From NCBI GenBank assembly GCA_965249275.1, contig CBDFLQ010000007.1, positions 384,001 through 448,000 of the forward strand: a stretch of 64,000 bases of DNA, given 5' to 3'. Below are positions 8,529 to 18,141 of the stretch, piece after piece. The position numbers and the translations under genes were made by a program. Positions within the stretch are counted from its first letter, which is position 1. Every line of letters starts with the position of its first letter. This DNA is from Dehalococcoidia bacterium. GTDB taxonomy: Bacteria > Chloroflexota > Dehalococcoidia > Plut-88900. The notes beneath the pieces were generated by a model, which saw only the letters and a program-made list of their open reading frames with translations, searched no databases and was not told the DNA's origin.

Positions 8529-10529
8529 TTGGCCGAGCTAGGAACCCTATCCCTCTTTTTCGCCCTCATACTAGCCCTCTACGCTTGCGTAGGATCAGTC
8601 TTTGGCGTCCGGAGAAGCCTCCCTGAACTGGTTACCAGCGCCCGATACAGCGCCTATCTAACACCTCTTCCCGTGGCTATATCCGTACTTGCCTTGGTGG
8701 GCGCATTCTTGTCTCGGGACTTCGATGTCAAGTACGTAGCCGAGCACAGCAACGCGGCTATGTCCCGCGCCTACGCCTGGGTCGCCTTTTACTCCGGCAA
8801 TGAGGGGTCAATCCTATTTCTCGCTGCAGCCCTCTCCATCGTTGCCGCTATCGCCCTTGCCTTGGCCCCGAGGCTCCACCAAGCCAGTCTCGCCTACACC
8901 TGCGCAATTATCACGGGAGTCCTCGCCTTCTTCCTGGCCGTGCTCGTCTTCCTCGCGAATCCTTTCGAGACTACCGCCGTCGCCGTCCCCGACGGACGGG
9001 GTATGAACCCCCTTCTCACCCATCCGGGCATGTTCGTCCATCCCCCTATGTTGATGACCGGCCTAGTAACTGTCTCCATACCCTTCGCTTTCGCAATAGG
9101 TTCCTTGCTGGCAGGTAGGACCGGAGACGAGTGGGTCGATACCGGCAGGACGTGGGCCCTCGTCTCCTGGGGCATCCTCGGCGCTGGCCTGCTGCTCGGC
9201 GGCTGGTGGGCATACACGATACTGGGGTGGGGTGGATTCTGGGCATGGGACCCGGTGGAGAACGCCGGCTTTATGCCGTGGCTCGTACTGACCGCCTTTG
9301 TGCATTCGATAATGGTGCAGAAGAGGCGGGGCATGTTCAGGGTGTGGAATATTGCCTTGATCAACGTGGCCTTCACATCCTCACTCCTTGGTATGTTCAT
9401 CAACCGTGGTGGCCCGACGCCCTCCGTCCACTCCTTCGCCGAATCTGTCCTCGGATGGGTGTTCCTCGGGTTCATGGTTGTTACCGCACTATTCTCCTTC
9501 GGTGTACTGTTCCGCCGCATGTCGCTCCTACGCAACGCACAGCAACTGGAATCCAAGCTTTCCAGGGAGACTGCGTTCCTGGTCAACAATCTGCTCTTCC
9601 TAGCTATCGCCTTCGTTATCATCTGGGGGCAGGTCTTTCCCGTTATCTCGGACACGGTGACCGGTGTATCCATCACCGTCGGGGAGCCTTTCTACAACCG
9701 GGTCAACGGGCCCCTGCTCCTGGCAGTTGTGTTCCTCATGGGTATCGGGCCACTCATACCCTGGCGCCGGGGATCATTGACCCAGCTCCGTACAGCTCTG
9801 TTAATCCCCTTCGCCACCGCCCTTGCCGTTGACCTCATCCTCATCGGGTTCGGTATTACCAAGCCGTTCCCCCTCCTTGCTGTTGGGCTTTCGGTCGCGG
9901 TTGCGGTGGGAATCTTCAGAGAGTGGTACCGTGGAACCAGGGCCCGACACCGCGGTGGCGAATCCTATCCTGTGGCCTTCCTCCGCCTTATATCGGCAAA
10001 CCGACCCCGCTATGGAGGCTATGTTGTCCACCTCGCCATCGTGATGATGGCCCTCGCAATAGTCGGCACCTATTTCTTTGATACACAGAAGGACGTCCGA
10101 CTGGCCGAAGGTCAAAGCGCTGAGGCCGCCGGATACACGATCACATATCTCGAAACCGAGCAGAGGGACTTCCCAGACCACACCGAACGCATAGCAAGCG
10201 TGGAAATCTCGAACGAAGACGGTGAGTCACTAGGAATCTTCAAGCCCGAGCAGTCCTTCTATCCGGCTTTCAGCCTGAGGCCCGCCCGCGCCGCAATCCG
10301 CTCCACCCCTCTGGAGGATGTCTACATCATTCCCAACGATTTCTTCCCCGACGGTACGGTCGGATTCCGAATATTGGTTAACCCTCTTGTCATGTGGATG
10401 TGGGTAGCCGGACCTGTAATGGTGCTCGGCACCCTCATTGCTCTCTGGCCGGGAAGGCGCGCAAGTCGGGCCCCGGCGCCTGTTCCGACGCCATCCATTA
10501 ACCCGGCGTACGCGTCGGCATCGAAGTGA
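8529..10529 (+). CDS. ccmF: Heme lyase CcmF
   Basis: GNEGS, GRGMNPLL, HPP, WAY..LGWGGFWAWDPVEN and SVHSFA motifs. Confidence 0.95.
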   Translation: MAELGTLSLFFALILALYACVGSVFGVRRSLPELVTSARYSAYLTPLPVAISVLALVGAFLSRDFDVKYVAEHSNAAMSRAYAWVAFYSGNEGSILFLAAALSIVAAIALALAPRLHQASLAYTCAIITGVLAFFLAVLVFLANPFETTAVAVPDGRGMNPLLTHPGMFVHPPMLMTGLVTVSIPFAFAIGSLLAGRTGDEWVDTGRTWALVSWGILGAGLLLGGWWAYTILGWGGFWAWDPVENAGFMPWLVLTAFVHSIMVQKRRGMFRVWNIALINVAFTSSLLGMFINRGGPTPSVHSFAESVLGWVFLGFMVVTALFSFGVLFRRMSLLRNAQQLESKLSRETAFLVNNLLFLAIAFVIIWGQVFPVISDTVTGVSITVGEPFYNRVNGPLLLAVVFLMGIGPLIPWRRGSLTQLRTALLIPFATALAVDLILIGFGITKPFPLLAVGLSVAVAVGIFREWYRGTRARHRGGESYPVAFLRLISANRPRYGGYVVHLAIVMMALAIVGTYFFDTQKDVRLAEGQSAEAAGYTITYLETEQRDFPDHTERIASVEISNEDGESLGIFKPEQSFYPAFSLRPARAAIRSTPLEDVYIIPNDFFPDGTVGFRILVNPLVMWMWVAGPVMVLGTLIALWPGRRASRAPAPVPTPSINPAYASASK

Positions 10530-10542
10530 GGAAGGCCGCCTC

Positions 10543-11016
10543 GTGGTCATAGCCATAGGCGTCCTTCTGGCCTTAGTGTGTCTGGCGGTAGCGGCTATTC
10601 CTTTTCTCAAGTACCGGCACTCTCGCCAAACTGTAGACCCTCTTCAGGTGATTTCCGAGCTTCAGAACCAGCGTCAACGCCTCTACAAGGAACTCCTCAC
10701 ATTGGAAGAAAATAGCAAAACGGGCGCCGTCCCCGAGCCCGAGTTCAACGCCGTTTCCCTGACTCTCCGCCGCCGCGCCGCAGAGAATCTCTGGATTCAA
10801 CGCCGTTGGGAGGAGCGATTGACCGACCTGGACCTGGCCATAGAGCAGTTGATCTCTTTGCAAAAGCAAGGCGTTTCTTCCTTGCAGGACGCTAAGCCCC
10901 CTGAGCAGGGCCATAATGCCAAACCATGTCCCGAATGCGGGGCCCATGTGCCCATGAACACCCCCATTTGCCCCAAGTGCGGCGCCCAGCCGGAGAAAGT
11001 GCAGTCGGCCCTCTAG
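10543..11016 (+). CDS. Membrane-anchored zinc-ribbon protein with a CcmI-like N-terminus
   Basis: N-terminal TM helix, helical region and C-terminal CPECG...CPKCG; lies in the ccm cluster. Start moved to the GTG at 10543. Confidence 0.7.
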   Translation: MVIAIGVLLALVCLAVAAIPFLKYRHSRQTVDPLQVISELQNQRQRLYKELLTLEENSKTGAVPEPEFNAVSLTLRRRAAENLWIQRRWEERLTDLDLAIEQLISLQKQGVSSLQDAKPPEQGHNAKPCPECGAHVPMNTPICPKCGAQPEKVQSAL

Positions 11017-11033
11017 CGCCGGAAGTCATTGCG

Positions 11034-12248
11034 ATGCCCAGATATATTAAAATTCTGTTTGTAGCCTTCGCCCTGATCCTGGCGATGCTCGCAATTGCTG
11101 TAGTTCCCGCCGCGGCTGATGAACACTTCATCAGCGGTCGGGTAGTCAACCAGACTCCCGGCGCCGAGCCTCCCTCAGGCCTCCAGGTAGTCCTCACGAT
11201 CTTCGAAGAAGGGACACCCATAGAACAACTCACGGCGACAACCGATGCAGATGGCGCATTCGCTTTCGAGGACATCCCTCGGGTCCTGGGTCTCCGCTAC
11301 CTTCTGCAGCTTCAGTACGATGGAGGCCAATATCAGACCGAGCTAGACCCTGCCTCATCGGAGCCCGTACAGATTGTCGTCTACGACTCCACGTCCGACC
11401 TCGCTTCCCTCTCCGTGCTCGACGATACCATCATGGTGACCCGGGAGCCGGGGCAGTACGAGCAGTTAACCGTCCGGCAGGTTGTCCGAGTCCGAAACGA
11501 GACCCTACAAACCTTCGTACCTTCCTTCGGGGATCCCGGTGCCGGCATGATGAACTTCCTCCGAGTCTCCATGCCCGCCGGTTTCTCCGAGATGACCATC
11601 AGGAGCGACCTCCAGGGTGGTCAGGTGATACCCGTAGACCGGGGTGTGGGCATCACCACCGCCGTTCCTCCCGGCATTCACGCCATAGTATTCTCCTACG
11701 CCGCCCCCTATGACCGGTCCGACCTCATTTTCGAACCCCTCTATCCGCAGGGCGCAGACATGGTGCGTGTCCTGGTGCGAGAGGACGTAGGTCTGCTAAT
11801 CGGCGTCGACCTCCGAGAAGAAGCCCCCGTCACCGTCTCCGGCAGCAGCTTCAGGGTCTACAGCATCGGGCCCGTCCCCATTGGCAACCGAGTCACCCTC
11901 GGATTCACCGATCTTCCCCAGGCCCCCTGGACCACCACCATCGCCGATGCCTTCACGACCCAGTGGAAAATTACAGCCATCATACCCGGCGTTACCGCGT
12001 TGATTTTCCTGGTACTTCTCGGTTACGCCTGGAGGCTCCAGAAGCGAGACCCGCGTCCCGTGGACGCCGCCATTCTTACCGCCAACATACAAAGCCAGCC
12101 CGACCAGATGGAGCTTGTCCGACAAATCGCCGGACTGGACGAACGGCGTGACCTGGGAGAGACACAGGATCCCGGCTACGAGCAACGCAGGTCTCTCTTA
12201 AAACGTAGGCTTCTTTCCCGAGCGCTAAAGGACGCCTCCTCGGCCTGA
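11034..12248 (+). CDS. Exported beta-rich membrane-anchored protein (carboxypeptidase regulatory-like domain)
   Basis: Signal peptide ending AAA, 'ISGRVVN', 'TTDADGAFAF' and a C-terminal TM helix. Confidence 0.7.
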   Translation: MPRYIKILFVAFALILAMLAIAVVPAAADEHFISGRVVNQTPGAEPPSGLQVVLTIFEEGTPIEQLTATTDADGAFAFEDIPRVLGLRYLLQLQYDGGQYQTELDPASSEPVQIVVYDSTSDLASLSVLDDTIMVTREPGQYEQLTVRQVVRVRNETLQTFVPSFGDPGAGMMNFLRVSMPAGFSEMTIRSDLQGGQVIPVDRGVGITTAVPPGIHAIVFSYAAPYDRSDLIFEPLYPQGADMVRVLVREDVGLLIGVDLREEAPVTVSGSSFRVYSIGPVPIGNRVTLGFTDLPQAPWTTTIADAFTTQWKITAIIPGVTALIFLVLLGYAWRLQKRDPRPVDAAILTANIQSQPDQMELVRQIAGLDERRDLGETQDPGYEQRRSLLKRRLLSRALKDASSA

Positions 12249-12294
12249 TTCTCCGGCACCCTAGACCCGTCCAGAACACGAAAGGTCATTCACA

Positions 12295-12813
12295 GTGTGG
12301 GACCTCTTCGACATCCTGACCCTCATAGTACGATCTGTCCACGCCGTTTCCTCTGTCTTGTGGATTGGCGGCAGTATCTTCTACCTCATTGTCCTCAGGC
12401 CCGCGCTCCGGGATGCAGAGAAATCGGGAGCCCCGCCAGGCAGGATAGTATCCCGTTTGGTCGCTCTCCATTTCAGGGAGTGGGTCCACGTATCGATGAT
12501 AGCGCTGCTGGTGAGCGGGGCCATTCTCACCTTCGACCGGCTCACCGAGCCCACGGTGTCGGCCCTCTACATCGGGGCCCTTGCAGCCAAGATCGGCATA
12601 GCATTCTGGCTCTTCGGCATCGGCACGGCCACCTACAGGAAGAAACTGATAGAACGGAAGCACGAGGCCGGTGACCCGGAGAAAGGGAAAAGAAACATCG
12701 CCTTCCGTTGGCTGCAACCTCTCGTTTCCCCATCGATGATCGTGTACGGGGGCCTCGTAGTCATCCTCCTCAGCGATTTGCTAAACGCCACCTTCATCAA
12801 GGGCATCTCCTGA
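12295..12813 (+). CDS. CopD-like/DUF4149-type membrane protein
   Basis: 'VHAVSSVLWIGGSIF...VLRP' motif and four TM helices. Confidence 0.6.
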   Translation: MWDLFDILTLIVRSVHAVSSVLWIGGSIFYLIVLRPALRDAEKSGAPPGRIVSRLVALHFREWVHVSMIALLVSGAILTFDRLTEPTVSALYIGALAAKIGIAFWLFGIGTATYRKKLIERKHEAGDPEKGKRNIAFRWLQPLVSPSMIVYGGLVVILLSDLLNATFIKGIS

Positions 12814-12842
12814 CGCACCATCCCTGCCCTCGACCCCATTCC

Positions 12843-12871
12843 TTGAATCCCCGCGTCTTACCATCTATCAT
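12843..12871 (+). promoter_or_regulatory. Sigma70-type promoter for ccmABCDE
   Basis: TTGAAT-17 nt-TATCAT directly upstream of ccmA. Confidence 0.55.
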
Positions 12872-12881
12872 TTAGTAGTTA

Positions 12882-13619
12882 GTGACGCCCATCACAACCA
12901 TGAGTGCCAACGCGACACCACAATCCCCCGCCATCCAGACACGAGACCTCACCCGAAAATACGGTCGTGTCACCGCCATAAACAGTCTGGACATCACCAT
13001 TGAGGCGGGAGATAAGGTAGTTCTTGTAGGGCCGAATGGCTCCGGCAAGACGACGCTGATCAAGCTCCTTTCCACCCTCATCAAACCCACGTCCGGTGAC
13101 CTGTTCATCCACGGCTACGACGTCGCCAAGCACGACGCCGGTATCAGGTCCACAATTGGGGTCGTCCTCCACGAGCCCCTCCTTTATGGTCGGCTCACCG
13201 CCGCCGAAAACCTCCGCTTCTACGCAAGAATGTTCCACGTTCCTGATGCTGAACAGAGAATCGATGCCCTGGCCGAACAGCTCGACCTCACCGATCTCCT
13301 CAAGACCCGAGTCGACGTGCTATCCCACGGCCAGCGCAAGCGCGTCTCCATGCTCAGGGCCGTCCTCCACAACCCGGGAATCCTCCTCCTGGATGAGCCT
13401 GACTCAGGCCTTGACAGTGCCGCCCTCCAACGCCTCTTTGACTTCTGTAACAGCCAACCGCGCACCGTCATTATGTCGACACACAATATCGATAACGGCC
13501 TCCGAATAGCTGATCGAGCTCTCTTCCTGAAGAGAGGACGAGTAGTAATGGACTCCGGCGTGGAAGCGCTAGAGAAAGACGTTTTAGACACTCGATACCA
13601 GGCCCTGGCCGTCGGCTAA
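12882..13619 (+). CDS. ccmA: Heme exporter ATPase CcmA
   Basis: Walker A GPNGSGKTT, LSHGQRKR and LLLDEP; precedes ccmB and ccmC. Confidence 0.9.
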   Translation: MTPITTMSANATPQSPAIQTRDLTRKYGRVTAINSLDITIEAGDKVVLVGPNGSGKTTLIKLLSTLIKPTSGDLFIHGYDVAKHDAGIRSTIGVVLHEPLLYGRLTAAENLRFYARMFHVPDAEQRIDALAEQLDLTDLLKTRVDVLSHGQRKRVSMLRAVLHNPGILLLDEPDSGLDSAALQRLFDFCNSQPRTVIMSTHNIDNGLRIADRALFLKRGRVVMDSGVEALEKDVLDTRYQALAVG

Positions 13620-13629
13620 TCTGCGAATC

Positions 13630-14301
13630 ATGTCCTACTGGCAAGCCATAGCAGCAATAGTGAAGAAGGACCTCTTGGTCGAGGTGCGGGGCAAGGAGGT
13701 CGTCCTTGCCGTCAGTTTCTTCGTTCTGCTCATGGTCTTCACCTTCAACTTCGCCTTCAGGCCCGGGTCGGTGCCCACTGAAGTCATGACCCCCGGCGTC
13801 CTCTGGTTCACCTTCCTGTTCGCGGGCATGCTCAGCTTCCAGCGCGTCGTCAGCTCAGAGCAGGAGAACGGTTGCCTGGACGGCCTCATGCTATGCCCCT
13901 ACGGCCGGGACGTGATCTTCATCTCCAAGACCATAAGCAGCTTCCTATTCGTAATGATGGTCGAGTCCATAGCCATCCCCATTTTCGCAGTGGTCTTTAA
14001 CCTATCCAGCGTTCCCATTCAACTTATCCTGATAATCCCCGTGGCCACTCTCGGCATAGCGATAGTCGGCACTTTCCTCGCGGCCCTGTCCATGAACACC
14101 CGACTCCGAGAAGTGATGCTGCCCGTGCTGATGATTCCCCTGGTCGTGCCTGCGGTCATCGGCGCGGTGGAGTCCACCGGAGACGCCTTCGAAGGCGCAG
14201 GCTGGGCCGCCGTTCAGCCTTGGATTTACGTTCTTATCGTCTTCGACGTAGTATTCCTGGTAGTCGGCTTTCTTACATTCGAGCACGTGCTGGAAGAATA
14301 G
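13630..14301 (+). CDS. ccmB: Heme exporter CcmB
   Basis: KKDLLVEVR, PGVLW, EQENGCLDGL and REVMLPVL motifs. Confidence 0.92.
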   Translation: MSYWQAIAAIVKKDLLVEVRGKEVVLAVSFFVLLMVFTFNFAFRPGSVPTEVMTPGVLWFTFLFAGMLSFQRVVSSEQENGCLDGLMLCPYGRDVIFISKTISSFLFVMMVESIAIPIFAVVFNLSSVPIQLILIIPVATLGIAIVGTFLAALSMNTRLREVMLPVLMIPLVVPAVIGAVESTGDAFEGAGWAAVQPWIYVLIVFDVVFLVVGFLTFEHVLEE

Positions 14302-14310
14302 GCATCACGT

Positions 14311-15012
14311 ATGGAACAAACTATAAATGCCCCCTCTCGCCGACGCAGATTCACTTGGATGGACGGTCTGTTCGCCCTGATCACCGTCCTTATGACCATA
14401 AATATCTACTTGATTTTCCTCTGGGTCCCGAAAGAGGCCGTTCAGGGCAACGTTCAGCGCCTCTTCTACTTCCATCTACCCGTGGCATGGATTGCCTATC
14501 TGGCCTTCTTCCTGGTGTTCATATTCAGCATCCTACACCTTCGGAAACGCAGTGCCCGGTGGGACAGGTGGGCCTATTCTTCCGCCGAGTTGGGAGTTGT
14601 ATTCACCTCCGCAACCATAGTTTCGGGCATAATCTGGGCCAAGCCGATCTTCGGCGTCTGGTGGACTTGGGACGCCCGGCTCACGACAACCGCTCTCCTA
14701 TGGCTCATATACGTCGGCTATCTCATGGTTGGAGCTTACTCAGAGTCCTCTGAGAGGTCCTCCCGACTGCGGGCCGTCGTAGGCATCATGGGATTCGTGG
14801 TAGTCCCGATTAACTATCTTTCCGTCTACCTCTGGGACACTGTGCACGTGGAGCCGATAATAGGCGGCGGTGAGGAGGCATTCCTTAGTTCCGAGATGTA
14901 TACCACGTTGATGTTCAGCCTCGTCACCTTCACCTTGCTGTTCTTTGTCCTGCTGAAAACTAGAGTAATGCTGAGAAAGAGCGAAGAGACCGCCGCCGGT
15001 CTCGACTCCTGA
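14311..15012 (+). CDS. ccmC: Heme chaperone loader CcmC
   Basis: FYFHLP, WWD motif GIIWAKPIFGVWWTWDARLT and a second His in TVH. Confidence 0.93.
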   Translation: MEQTINAPSRRRRFTWMDGLFALITVLMTINIYLIFLWVPKEAVQGNVQRLFYFHLPVAWIAYLAFFLVFIFSILHLRKRSARWDRWAYSSAELGVVFTSATIVSGIIWAKPIFGVWWTWDARLTTTALLWLIYVGYLMVGAYSESSERSSRLRAVVGIMGFVVVPINYLSVYLWDTVHVEPIIGGGEEAFLSSEMYTTLMFSLVTFTLLFFVLLKTRVMLRKSEETAAGLDS

Positions 15013-15027
15013 TCCGAAAGAGACGTT

Positions 15028-15180
15028 ATGGAAGACAATTTCGGATATCTCGTCGCCGGTTTCGCAATAGGCTGGGGCATTTTCATGGGCTTGGCATACT
15101 GGATCTACAGGCGCGTTGCCCGCGTCGGCCAGGACATCGAAGAGATGAAACGGGCTCGCGTCCCCCGCAGCGACGATTAA
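15028..15180 (+). CDS. ccmD: CcmD-family small membrane protein (50 aa, below the ORF-track cutoff)
   Basis: MEDNFGYLVAGFAIGWGIFMGLAYWIYRRVARVGQDIEEMKRARVPRSDD*: one TM helix plus a charged tail, between ccmC and ccmE. Confidence 0.85.
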   Translation: MEDNFGYLVAGFAIGWGIFMGLAYWIYRRVARVGQDIEEMKRARVPRSDD

Positions 15181-15183
15181 CCT

Positions 15184-15651
15184 ATGGCTTCAGACTCCCG
15201 CATAGATCCCGCCATCGAGGCGTATACCCCGTGGCTATCCCCGCGCAAGAAGACCATCGTCGGGGGGATAGTCCTCATTCTGGCCCTCGCTACCATCATT
15301 TCTCTCATTGCCTTCAACGTCGGGCAGGCCTTCCTGGAAGTGAGCGAGGTACAGCAGAGAGGCTCGATGATCCATGGGCAGGACATCAAAATCAACGGCA
15401 TCATCGTCCCCGGCTCCATCGAATACGGCGACCAGGAAGACGTGTCCTTCCAGGTGCTGGACGCCAAGAAGAAGTCTGGCGAACCGCTGGATGTGACATT
15501 CGCGGGCGTACCTCCCGGACAATTCGACGTCCCATCGGTAGAGGTCGTCCTGGAGGGCAGCCTGGAACCCGACAACATATTCCACGCCACCAGCATCATA
15601 ACCAGGGAGTCCCGACAGTACATACCGGTCACCGAGCAAGAACCCAACTGA
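15184..15651 (+). CDS. ccmE: CcmE heme chaperone with atypical C-terminal motif
   Basis: N-terminal TM helix and OB-fold motifs (NG.IVPGSI, VTFAGVPPGQF, VVLEG, FHATSII); position after ccmD. Confidence 0.85.
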   Translation: MASDSRIDPAIEAYTPWLSPRKKTIVGGIVLILALATIISLIAFNVGQAFLEVSEVQQRGSMIHGQDIKINGIIVPGSIEYGDQEDVSFQVLDAKKKSGEPLDVTFAGVPPGQFDVPSVEVVLEGSLEPDNIFHATSIITRESRQYIPVTEQEPN

Positions 15652-15677
15652 ACAAACAGGAAGAGAGCTATACCCCC

Positions 15678-16820
15678 ATGAAAGCAGTACAGCTGATCAC
15701 GAGCGGCGACTACCAGTCCCACTATCTCATCGATGACCATGAGTCCTGGAAGGAAGAAGTGCAAGTCCATGAAGGCTACGGGCTCGACAGGTTCGAATAC
15801 CGGGATATCCCCCGCCCCGAGCCCGGTCTCGGTCAGGTCGTTGTCCAGATCAAGGCCTGCGGCCTGAACCATTTGGACGCATGGGCCGCCAAGGCTCCCA
15901 GGGCTGCAATCAGGGAGAAACCGGTAACTCCCGGGGCGGATATGGCTGGTGTCGTAGATCAAATAGGACCGGGAGTCACTAATGTATCTGTAGGGGACAG
16001 GGTAATGGTCTACCCCGGAGTAAAGTGCAACAGTTGCCGATATTGCCTTGCAGGCCGCGACAACCTCTGCCCCAACAAGCCTGGTTTCGGGAGCGGTTGG
16101 GACGGCGGGCTCGCCGAGTACGCGCTGGTACCCGAGCAGAGCATCATCCCCGTCCCCGACAACGTATCCCTCATCGACGCCGCCTCCATGCCCATAATCT
16201 TCATGACCGTCTGGCATATGCTGGTCACCAGGGCCCGAGTCCAACCGGGCGACACCGTGCTTGTCAACGCTGCGGGAAGCGGCGTGGGTATCGCCGGAAT
16301 TCAGATAGCCAAGCTTTTCCACGCCCGGGTGATAGCCAGCGCCGGCTCCGACCCCAAGCTCGAGAAGGCCCGGAAGCTCGGGGCAGACGACGTCATCAAC
16401 TACACCACCTCCTCAATTAAGGAAGATGTAAAGCGGCTCACAGACGGTTACGGCGTCGACATCGTAGTAGACAGCCTCTCAGGCAACCTGGCGGAGGAGA
16501 GCATCGAGGCCCTCGCAGTCGGCGGCCGGTTCGTTAACTGCGGCTGCACGCTGGGCAACTGGGCAACGGTCAACGTAGCCCGCATGCTGTTCAAGGAGAC
16601 CTCGGTACTGGGCTCGGTGATGGGCACCCACCGAGAACTGGTCGAGTGTCTGCGCCTGGTCTCGGAAGGGAAGCTACGCGCTGTAATCGACCAGGTGTAT
16701 CCCCTGTCGCAAGTCAAAGATGCAGTATCTTACCTGCTAGAGCGCCGGGTATTCGGCAAAGTGATGGTAGTCCCCGACAGCCAGTACCCGCCCTCCGAGC
16801 CCTACTCCACCCTGGACTAG
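15678..16820 (+). CDS. Medium-chain dehydrogenase/reductase (zinc-binding, quinone reductase-like)
   Basis: ACGLNHLD, PGADMAGVV, structural Zn motif CNSCRYC...C, AAGSGVG and VFGKVMV. Real start is MKAVQL at 15678. Confidence 0.9.
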   Translation: MKAVQLITSGDYQSHYLIDDHESWKEEVQVHEGYGLDRFEYRDIPRPEPGLGQVVVQIKACGLNHLDAWAAKAPRAAIREKPVTPGADMAGVVDQIGPGVTNVSVGDRVMVYPGVKCNSCRYCLAGRDNLCPNKPGFGSGWDGGLAEYALVPEQSIIPVPDNVSLIDAASMPIIFMTVWHMLVTRARVQPGDTVLVNAAGSGVGIAGIQIAKLFHARVIASAGSDPKLEKARKLGADDVINYTTSSIKEDVKRLTDGYGVDIVVDSLSGNLAEESIEALAVGGRFVNCGCTLGNWATVNVARMLFKETSVLGSVMGTHRELVECLRLVSEGKLRAVIDQVYPLSQVKDAVSYLLERRVFGKVMVVPDSQYPPSEPYSTLD

Positions 16821-16839
16821 CTCCGAAGCCTCACGCGTC

Positions 16840-18141
16840 TTACATGAGACGCGTGGGCATGGGTGTATTCCCATTCTTGAACCGGTCCACGGAGAAATGC
16901 TGCCAGGGGATGGAAGACTTTCCATCGACTATCAGGTCTGCGGTCAGCTTTCCCGCCACCGGGCCCAGGCCAAATCCGTGGCCACTGTACCCCATCGAGA
17001 GGAATAGGCCCTCGGGTTTGCCGGCAGGACCGAGCACCGGCACCAGGTCCGGAGTGGTGTCTATATACCCCGCCCAACTTCTTTCGATTTTAAGCTGGCG
17101 CAGCTTGGGTATCAATTTGCCCGCCGCATTAAACTGACGCGTTACCTTATTCAGAGCCTTTCTCGGCTCCTTGCCGACCGGCGCTACAATCGTGGACCGT
17201 TTGCCCTGCAGGGAAGCCAGGAAGAGCTTCACGTCGTGTTTCAACAGCTCCATGTCCACCCGCATGGTTATGCTCTTGCGCTGCTTTATGAGCCTGGGAA
17301 GCCACACTCTCAGGTCTCGAAGATCGTGCAACGATAGTTCATGATAGACATCCTGCCGTCGATAACCGTTGCTGACCCGGACCGGCCCTGAGGCCGTCTG
17401 CCTAAAGCAGTAGTAGCCGCCTCTCACGAATTGCTCGATTATCGGCGGGGCTGGTCCGGTCTCACCCTGCGAAAGCGTCACTATCTGTACAGGAATGTGA
17501 ACGCCCAGCCGATCGGCGAGACGGTATGCCCAGACGCCCGCTGCAAGCACCACGACGCCGGTCTCAATCTCTCCCTGCGTAGTCTCGACTGACGAGACAC
17601 GGCCCCCGGTGACGCCTATGTTGGTTGCCACGCAGCCGGTACGGATCTCGGCGCCGTTTTCCCGGGCCGCATTGGCAAAACCGTTCACCACCTTGGTCGG
17701 GTTCACGTGACCTTCGTCAGCGGAGTAGGCCATCGCCTCAAGGTGGCCTTCCACCACCGGGAACCGGGTCCTGACCTGCTCTATAGTCAGCATCTCCAGT
17801 TGGATGCCCCCGTCGCGCGCAGCCTCCACCATCTCCTCGAAATAAGGCATGTCCTCTGCCGACTCGGCTGGAAGCAGTCGGCCCTTCTTGACGAACTCGA
17901 TCTCGTAGCCGATGTCTTCGCTGAGGCCGTCGTAGATGGCAAGGCTTTCCCGAGCCAGCTCGAACTCCCCTGCCTGCTTGCCCAGCAGTCCCACCGCCGC
18001 AACGGTCCGCCCGGAGGCCTCGTAGGCCACGTCGTCCTTCTCAAGCACCACCACGCGTTTGCCCCTCTTGGACAGGTTGTAGGCTATGGAGCAGCCCGTT
18101 ATTCCGCCGCCTATTACTACGGCATCAGCTTTGGTTAACAT
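16840..18141 (-). CDS. FAD-dependent oxidoreductase, DAO/sarcosine oxidase beta family
   Basis: VIGGGITG, EASGR, EGHVNP, WAGYIDTTPD and SGHGFGLGP motifs. Confidence 0.9.
   Translation of the reverse strand: MLTKADAVVIGGGITGCSIAYNLSKRGKRVVVLEKDDVAYEASGRTVAAVGLLGKQAGEFELARESLAIYDGLSEDIGYEIEFVKKGRLLPAESAEDMPYFEEMVEAARDGGIQLEMLTIEQVRTRFPVVEGHLEAMAYSADEGHVNPTKVVNGFANAARENGAEIRTGCVATNIGVTGGRVSSVETTQGEIETGVVVLAAGVWAYRLADRLGVHIPVQIVTLSQGETGPAPPIIEQFVRGGYYCFRQTASGPVRVSNGYRRQDVYHELSLHDLRDLRVWLPRLIKQRKSITMRVDMELLKHDVKLFLASLQGKRSTIVAPVGKEPRKALNKVTRQFNAAGKLIPKLRQLKIERSWAGYIDTTPDLVPVLGPAGKPEGLFLSMGYSGHGFGLGPVAGKLTADLIVDGKSSIPWQHFSVDRFKNGNTPMPTRLM

Noticed and set aside
15231-15677. N-terminal 149 codons of the 529-aa ORF
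   Set aside because: It overlaps ccmE in another frame; the dehydrogenase starts at MKAVQL (15678).
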